A DNA stretch of 38,144 nucleotides. Origin: Deltaproteobacteria bacterium (GTDB lineage: Bacteria; Bdellovibrionota; UBA1018; UBA923). The stretch covers positions 1-38,144 of the forward strand of contig JACQAW010000260.1 of NCBI GenBank assembly GCA_016194725.1, in the 5' to 3' direction. Both the position numbers and the translations under genes were made by a program. The stretch's first letter is position 1, and every line of letters begins with the position of its first letter. Of this stretch, positions 34,120 through 38,144 are shown in pieces. The notes below the pieces were generated by a model. That model was not told where the DNA came from. It saw only the letters and a list, made by a program, of their open reading frames with translations, and ran no database searches.

Positions 34120-37056
34120 ATGCAGTACGCGGAATTACGCTGTAAAACGAACCACTCCTTTCTGACGGGCGCCTCGCACCCGGCTGAGCTTGTGGAACGT
34201 GCGCAGCAGCTGGGCCTGAGCGCGCTTGCGATTACCGATCGCGATGGCGTTTACGGAATTCCGAAAGCGTACCTGGCTACCAGGAAGTCTGCTTTGCCAT
34301 GCCCAAAACTGATCGTCGGCGCGGAACTCACGCTTGCAACAAGCGAGGGAACGGTGTCGGCGATCAGCCTCCTGGCCCAGGATAGACAGGCCTATGGCCT
34401 GCTTTGCCGGATGATCACCGCCTGCCATGCCGGTAAACCCAAAGGCGAAGCCAAGCTAACAATGGGTGAATTTGCCTCACTTATGCGCTTAAATGGGAAT
34501 AAAGGCCTCATCGCCATGCCGCTAAACACGATTGATCCACAGACTTATCCACATGTGGACATCTCAGCGTTTCGAGAGATGTTCAACGATCGGCTTTTCA
34601 TTCCGCTTGTACGGCTGCTCGACGGCTGGGATAGGAAACGCCACGACACAGCCGTGGATCTTGCTCGGCGCTATAACGCCCCCATTATCGCGACAAATGA
34701 CGTGCACTACCATGTGCCCGAGCGCCGCAAGCTGCAAGACGTGGCGACCGCCATTCGTAAAGGGGTCACGTTCAAAACAGCCGGCCGGCAGCTCTTCTCC
34801 AATGCTGAACGGCACATGAAGTCGCCAGCCGAGATGACCGCTCTATTTCGGCACATGCCCGCGGCCATCGCCGCTACGCTTGAAGTCGCCCAACGCTGCA
34901 CGTTTTCGCCAGCCGAGCTGCGGTACCGCTACCCATCCGAGTGGATTCCCGTTGGTGAAACCGCGCAAAGCTACCTGGAACGACTTACCAGGCAGGGCAT
35001 ACAGGCACGTTACCCCGGCGGCGTGCCCGAAAACATCAGCAAACAGATCGAACATGAGCTGCGAATCATCGGCCACCTGAATTATGCCGATTATTTTCTG
35101 ACCATCTGGGAGATCGTCGAATTCGCGCGCGGCCGCGGCATTCTATGCCAGGGCCGCGGCTCGGCGGCAAATTCAGTCGTCTGTTATAGCCTGGGCATCA
35201 CGGCAATCGACCCCGGCTGCATCAACCTATTGTTCGAGCGCTTCATGTCCAAAGAGCGCGGCGAGCCCCCCGACATCGACGTCGACTTCGAGCATGAGCG
35301 ACGCGAAGAGGTGATTCAGCACATCTATGAAAAATACGGACGCGACCGCGCCGGCATGGTCACCGCCGTCATCTGCTACCGCTCACGCTCATCCATACGC
35401 GAAGTAAGCAAGGTACTGGACGTTGACCTCGAAAAGGCAAAAACGGAACAGACGCGCGAAGCCATACTTGCACGCGAGCTGGCCGATGAACTATATGGCT
35501 TTCCCAGGCACCTCTCGATTCACTCAGGCGGGTTCACGCTCTCTGCCGACCCCATAATTGAAACTGTCCCAATTGAACCCGCGCGCATGGACGGCCGCAC
35601 GATCGTGCAGTGGGATAAAGACGACCTGGATGCGCTCGGCCTGCTGAAAGTCGACATCCTGGCGCTGGGCATGCTTACCGCCATCAAGAAGTGCTGCGAT
35701 AGCGTGGGGCTCACGCTTGCCACGATCGAAAAGGAAGACCCCAAGGTCTACGAGATGATTCAGAAGGCCGACACCGTGGGCGTCTTTCAAATCGAGTCGC
35801 GTGCGCAGATGAATATGTCGGGCAGGCTGCTTCCGAAAAACTTTTATGACTTGGTCGTCCAGATCGCGATCGTTCGCCCCGGTCCGATCGTTGGAAAGAT
35901 GGTCCACCCTTTTTTGAAGCGGCGAAGAAACGGGCTCGAACCGAATGCGATACCTCATAAGAAGCTGGAACCTATTTTATCTAAAACTCTGGGTGTCCCT
36001 ATATTTCAAGAACAGGTGATGGCGATGGCCATCGAGCTGGCCAACTTCACTCCGGGCGAAGCCGATGAGCTGCGGCGGGCAATCGGCGCGTGGCGCTCGA
36101 GCGGGTCGATCGAAAAGATGGGCCGAAGGCTCATGGTGGGGCTGCTTGCCAGCGGCCTGCCGCAAGCTTATGTCGATCAGGTTTTTGAGCAGATCAAGGG
36201 GTTTTCGGAATACGGCTTTCCCGAATCGCACTCGGCGTCGTTCGCATTGCTTGCTTATGCGGCGTCATACCTGAAACTCTATTATCCGGCTCAGTTCACC
36301 TGCGCCTTGCTGAACTCGCAGCCGCTGCAGCTGGGTCTTCGCATCGCAAGCGGTCTTTCGCGTCATGATGGCGACGCTTTGCTTGCCGAACGCGCCAAAC
36401 GCACCTTTGACGGACTCGCCGATTTTCTCGCGCGTGTGCGCCTGCCACCCAACGTCTTGCATCGGCTGGCCATGGGCGATGCCTTTCTGCCGTTTGGCTT
36501 TGACCAGCGCCATGCGCTTTGGGAGATCCTTGCGCATGAGGCGCTCACGCGGCCTGACCCGACGGGGCAGTTGAATCTTTTTTCCGGAGTTTCCATACAG
36601 GAACAAGCCGGAATTTTTGCTCAGCTCGACGAATCGCAGGCCATTCGAGCCGACTACGACACTTACCGCCTCTCGACGCGCGGACACCCCATGACGGCAC
36701 TGCGCGCGCAGATGCCGCATCTTCCGCGGCTCACCACTGAACAAGCCAAGCAGTCGCCCAACGGCCGCATGGTCACCTTTGCGGGGCTGACGATCGTGCG
36801 CCAACGCCCCCCTACCGCCGCCGGTACCGTTTTCGCGACGCTCGAAGACGATGCCGGCTTTCTAGATCTGGTTCTGCATAAAGATACGCATGAAAAGTAT
36901 CGGGAACTTTTCGCAACCCAGTCCTTCATGCTCGTACGTGGGCTGATTCAACGCGACGGCTACTCGGTAAGCATGCTGGTGCGAAGCCTTAAGCCCATTT
37001 GGAAAGACGATGAGCTCTCGGACCAGCTCGAACGCCAATCCAGAAACTGGCGCTAA
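34120..37056 (+). CDS. dnaE2: Error-prone DNA polymerase III alpha-type subunit DnaE2
   Basis: PHP N-terminus (YAELRCKTNHSFLTGASHP...ITDRDGVYG), polymerase core (GEPPDIDVDFEHERREEV, KVDILALGMLT, VFQIESRAQM, IVRPGP, GFPESHSASFALL) and a C-terminal OB fold. At 978 aa it is shorter than the usual ~1020-1100. Confidence 0.9.
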   Translation: MQYAELRCKTNHSFLTGASHPAELVERAQQLGLSALAITDRDGVYGIPKAYLATRKSALPCPKLIVGAELTLATSEGTVSAISLLAQDRQAYGLLCRMITACHAGKPKGEAKLTMGEFASLMRLNGNKGLIAMPLNTIDPQTYPHVDISAFREMFNDRLFIPLVRLLDGWDRKRHDTAVDLARRYNAPIIATNDVHYHVPERRKLQDVATAIRKGVTFKTAGRQLFSNAERHMKSPAEMTALFRHMPAAIAATLEVAQRCTFSPAELRYRYPSEWIPVGETAQSYLERLTRQGIQARYPGGVPENISKQIEHELRIIGHLNYADYFLTIWEIVEFARGRGILCQGRGSAANSVVCYSLGITAIDPGCINLLFERFMSKERGEPPDIDVDFEHERREEVIQHIYEKYGRDRAGMVTAVICYRSRSSIREVSKVLDVDLEKAKTEQTREAILARELADELYGFPRHLSIHSGGFTLSADPIIETVPIEPARMDGRTIVQWDKDDLDALGLLKVDILALGMLTAIKKCCDSVGLTLATIEKEDPKVYEMIQKADTVGVFQIESRAQMNMSGRLLPKNFYDLVVQIAIVRPGPIVGKMVHPFLKRRRNGLEPNAIPHKKLEPILSKTLGVPIFQEQVMAMAIELANFTPGEADELRRAIGAWRSSGSIEKMGRRLMVGLLASGLPQAYVDQVFEQIKGFSEYGFPESHSASFALLAYAASYLKLYYPAQFTCALLNSQPLQLGLRIASGLSRHDGDALLAERAKRTFDGLADFLARVRLPPNVLHRLAMGDAFLPFGFDQRHALWEILAHEALTRPDPTGQLNLFSGVSIQEQAGIFAQLDESQAIRADYDTYRLSTRGHPMTALRAQMPHLPRLTTEQAKQSPNGRMVTFAGLTIVRQRPPTAAGTVFATLEDDAGFLDLVLHKDTHEKYRELFATQSFMLVRGLIQRDGYSVSMLVRSLKPIWKDDELSDQLERQSRNWR

Positions 37057-37108
37057 TCTACCGAAATCATGAGAAGTTTGCCTCTAACCATGCTACTCAT
37101 GGATAGCA

Positions 37109-37837
37109 ATGAAGCCCCGAAAAATTCTCATCCCAGTTCCCGATCGGGACTTCGATGTCACGGAAGTTGCGGTTCCCTGGCGCCTGCTGACCGATCATGG
37201 TCATCAAGTGGTCTTTGCCACCGAAAAAGGCGGCCAGGCCGCCGCCTGCGACCCGCGATTATTAAAAGGCGTGCTTTTCGGAAAGCTGGGCGCAAAACCC
37301 GAAGCCATTGAATTCTACCGACAGATGGAAAAGTCGCCGGAGTTCCAGAAACCAATTTCCTGGAACTCCATCAATCCATCAAAGTTCTATGCGCTGGTGT
37401 TGCCGGGTGGACACGCCCCAGGCATGAAACAATATCTGGCCAGCGCTGCGCTCCAGGAAAAGGTGGCCGAATTTTGGGCGCTGGGACGGCCGGTAGCCGC
37501 GATTTGCCACGGAGTAATCGTACTGGCGCGAGCCAAGGACGTGAAAACGGGAAAAAGCCTGCTTGCGTCGCGCGAAACAACCTGCCTGCCCAAATACATG
37601 GAAAGAATGGCCTATTTCCTGACGTTTTGGAAGCTTGGAAAGTACTACCGCACCTATCCCAAATATGTGGAAGACGAGGTCAGGGCCGTGTTAGCGGATC
37701 CTGAGACGCAGTTCAAGCGCGGTCCAACCACATTGGGAGGCGGTGAAACCTTCGTCGTGGAAGACCGCAATTATATTTCAGCGCGCTGGCCGGGCGATGC
37801 CCACGTTTTCGCGCAGAGACTTTTGGAGAAGCTATGA
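37109..37837 (+). CDS. DJ-1/PfpI-family (type 1 glutamine amidotransferase-like) protein
   Basis: ILIPVPDRDFDVTE, ALVLPGGHAP and the nucleophile elbow VAAICHGVIVLA; 242 aa. Confidence 0.8.
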   Translation: MKPRKILIPVPDRDFDVTEVAVPWRLLTDHGHQVVFATEKGGQAAACDPRLLKGVLFGKLGAKPEAIEFYRQMEKSPEFQKPISWNSINPSKFYALVLPGGHAPGMKQYLASAALQEKVAEFWALGRPVAAICHGVIVLARAKDVKTGKSLLASRETTCLPKYMERMAYFLTFWKLGKYYRTYPKYVEDEVRAVLADPETQFKRGPTTLGGGETFVVEDRNYISARWPGDAHVFAQRLLEKL

Positions 37838-37989
37838 AAACCTCGATTCTGATGTCCCTCGTCGCGACATTATTGCTGACCGCTCTGCCGGCGTTCGCGT
37901 CGGTCGCTCATCGCATCGAACAAATCAGCCATCTAAGCTGCAGATCGAAATTTCTCCTTTCCAAGGACGGCGCGCAGTGCGACTTCTAG
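37834..37989 (+). CDS. 51-aa signal-peptide ORF (not in the supplied track), hypothetical
   Basis: ATGA overlap with the DJ-1 stop. Translation by hand: MKTSILMSLVATLLLTALPAFA|SVAHRIEQISHLSCRSKFLLSKDGAQCDF, with a typical signal peptide and two Cys in the mature part. Confidence 0.35.
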   Translation: MKTSILMSLVATLLLTALPAFASVAHRIEQISHLSCRSKFLLSKDGAQCDF

Positions 37990-38144
37990 ACGGGAAAGTC
38001 CGAGTTCTAGGAACTCAAGCTCGATCGTGCACGGTGGCAAGAGCTTAAGAACTTCGGAATGCGGACCGGATGTTTCGATGATCACGTGCCTTGCGAATGC
38101 CTCCTCCGCAACCCGACCCGCAAGTTGATGATCAAAAAATCGCA

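Noticed and set aside
1-38144. Search for CRISPR arrays, tRNA/rRNA genes, IS elements, integrases, and long direct or inverted repeats flanking the low-GC segments
   Set aside because: I could not find any by eye. The low-GC segments (18.1-19.2 kb and 28.95-31.2 kb) have no visible flanking repeats, tRNA target or recombinase gene, so I make no mobile-element call.

Overview
Compact, GC-rich (about 60% by hand count on sampled lines) Gram-negative chromosomal segment with about 38 genes. Family calls come from motifs read by eye; no database search was run. Many exported proteins have no recognisable family, which resembles Bdellovibrionota/Myxococcota-type bacteria, but taxonomy cannot be settled from this sequence. 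I found no rRNA, tRNA, CRISPR array, transposase or integrase. Left to right: (1) 1-6.2 kb: envelope glycan operon (two polytopic membrane proteins, one GT-C-like; ArnC/GtrB-like GT2; AsnB-type amidotransferase; second GT2). (2) 6.2-10.6 kb: four exported proteins of unknown function, including a lipoprotein with an HExxHxxGxxD metzincin motif. (3) 10.6-12.1 kb: a frameshifted family-5 solute-binding protein gene. (4) 12.8-18.1 kb: an NtrC-family sigma-54 activator divergent from a near-consensus -24/-12 promoter. That promoter heads PilZ, a glutamine-synthetase-like gamma-glutamyl-amine ligase, a 5'-truncated Fe-alcohol dehydrogenase and a PuuD-like hydrolase. (5) 18.1-19.2 kb: a low-GC islet with a STAS gene and a decayed tandem STAS copy. 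(6) 19.2-25.4 kb: a seven-gene minus-strand operon (OMP, lipoprotein, NDH-2, SAM methyltransferase, HExxH protein, NUDIX hydrolase with an in-frame TAA, full-length DHCR24/DIMINUTO-like FAD oxidoreductase) joined by 1-4 nt start/stop overlaps. (7) 25.9-31.2 kb: a module that is lower-GC at its right end, with a TetR regulator, an orphan 871-aa lipoprotein, a secreted protein with a 13-aa tandem repeat and two small two-Cys secreted proteins at its edges. (8) 31.2-37.1 kb: a lexA-imuA-imuB-dnaE2 mutagenesis operon preceded by a tandem 11-bp repeat; dnaE2 seems to lack a conserved internal block. (9) 37.1-38.1 kb: a DJ-1/PfpI gene coupled to a 51-codon signal-peptide ORF. The best candidates for undescribed biology are the NDH-2/methyltransferase/NUDIX/DHCR24-like operon, the TetR-linked exported module and the sigma-54/PilZ-led gamma-glutamylation operon. 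Five gene lesions in 38 kb also need checking against the reads.
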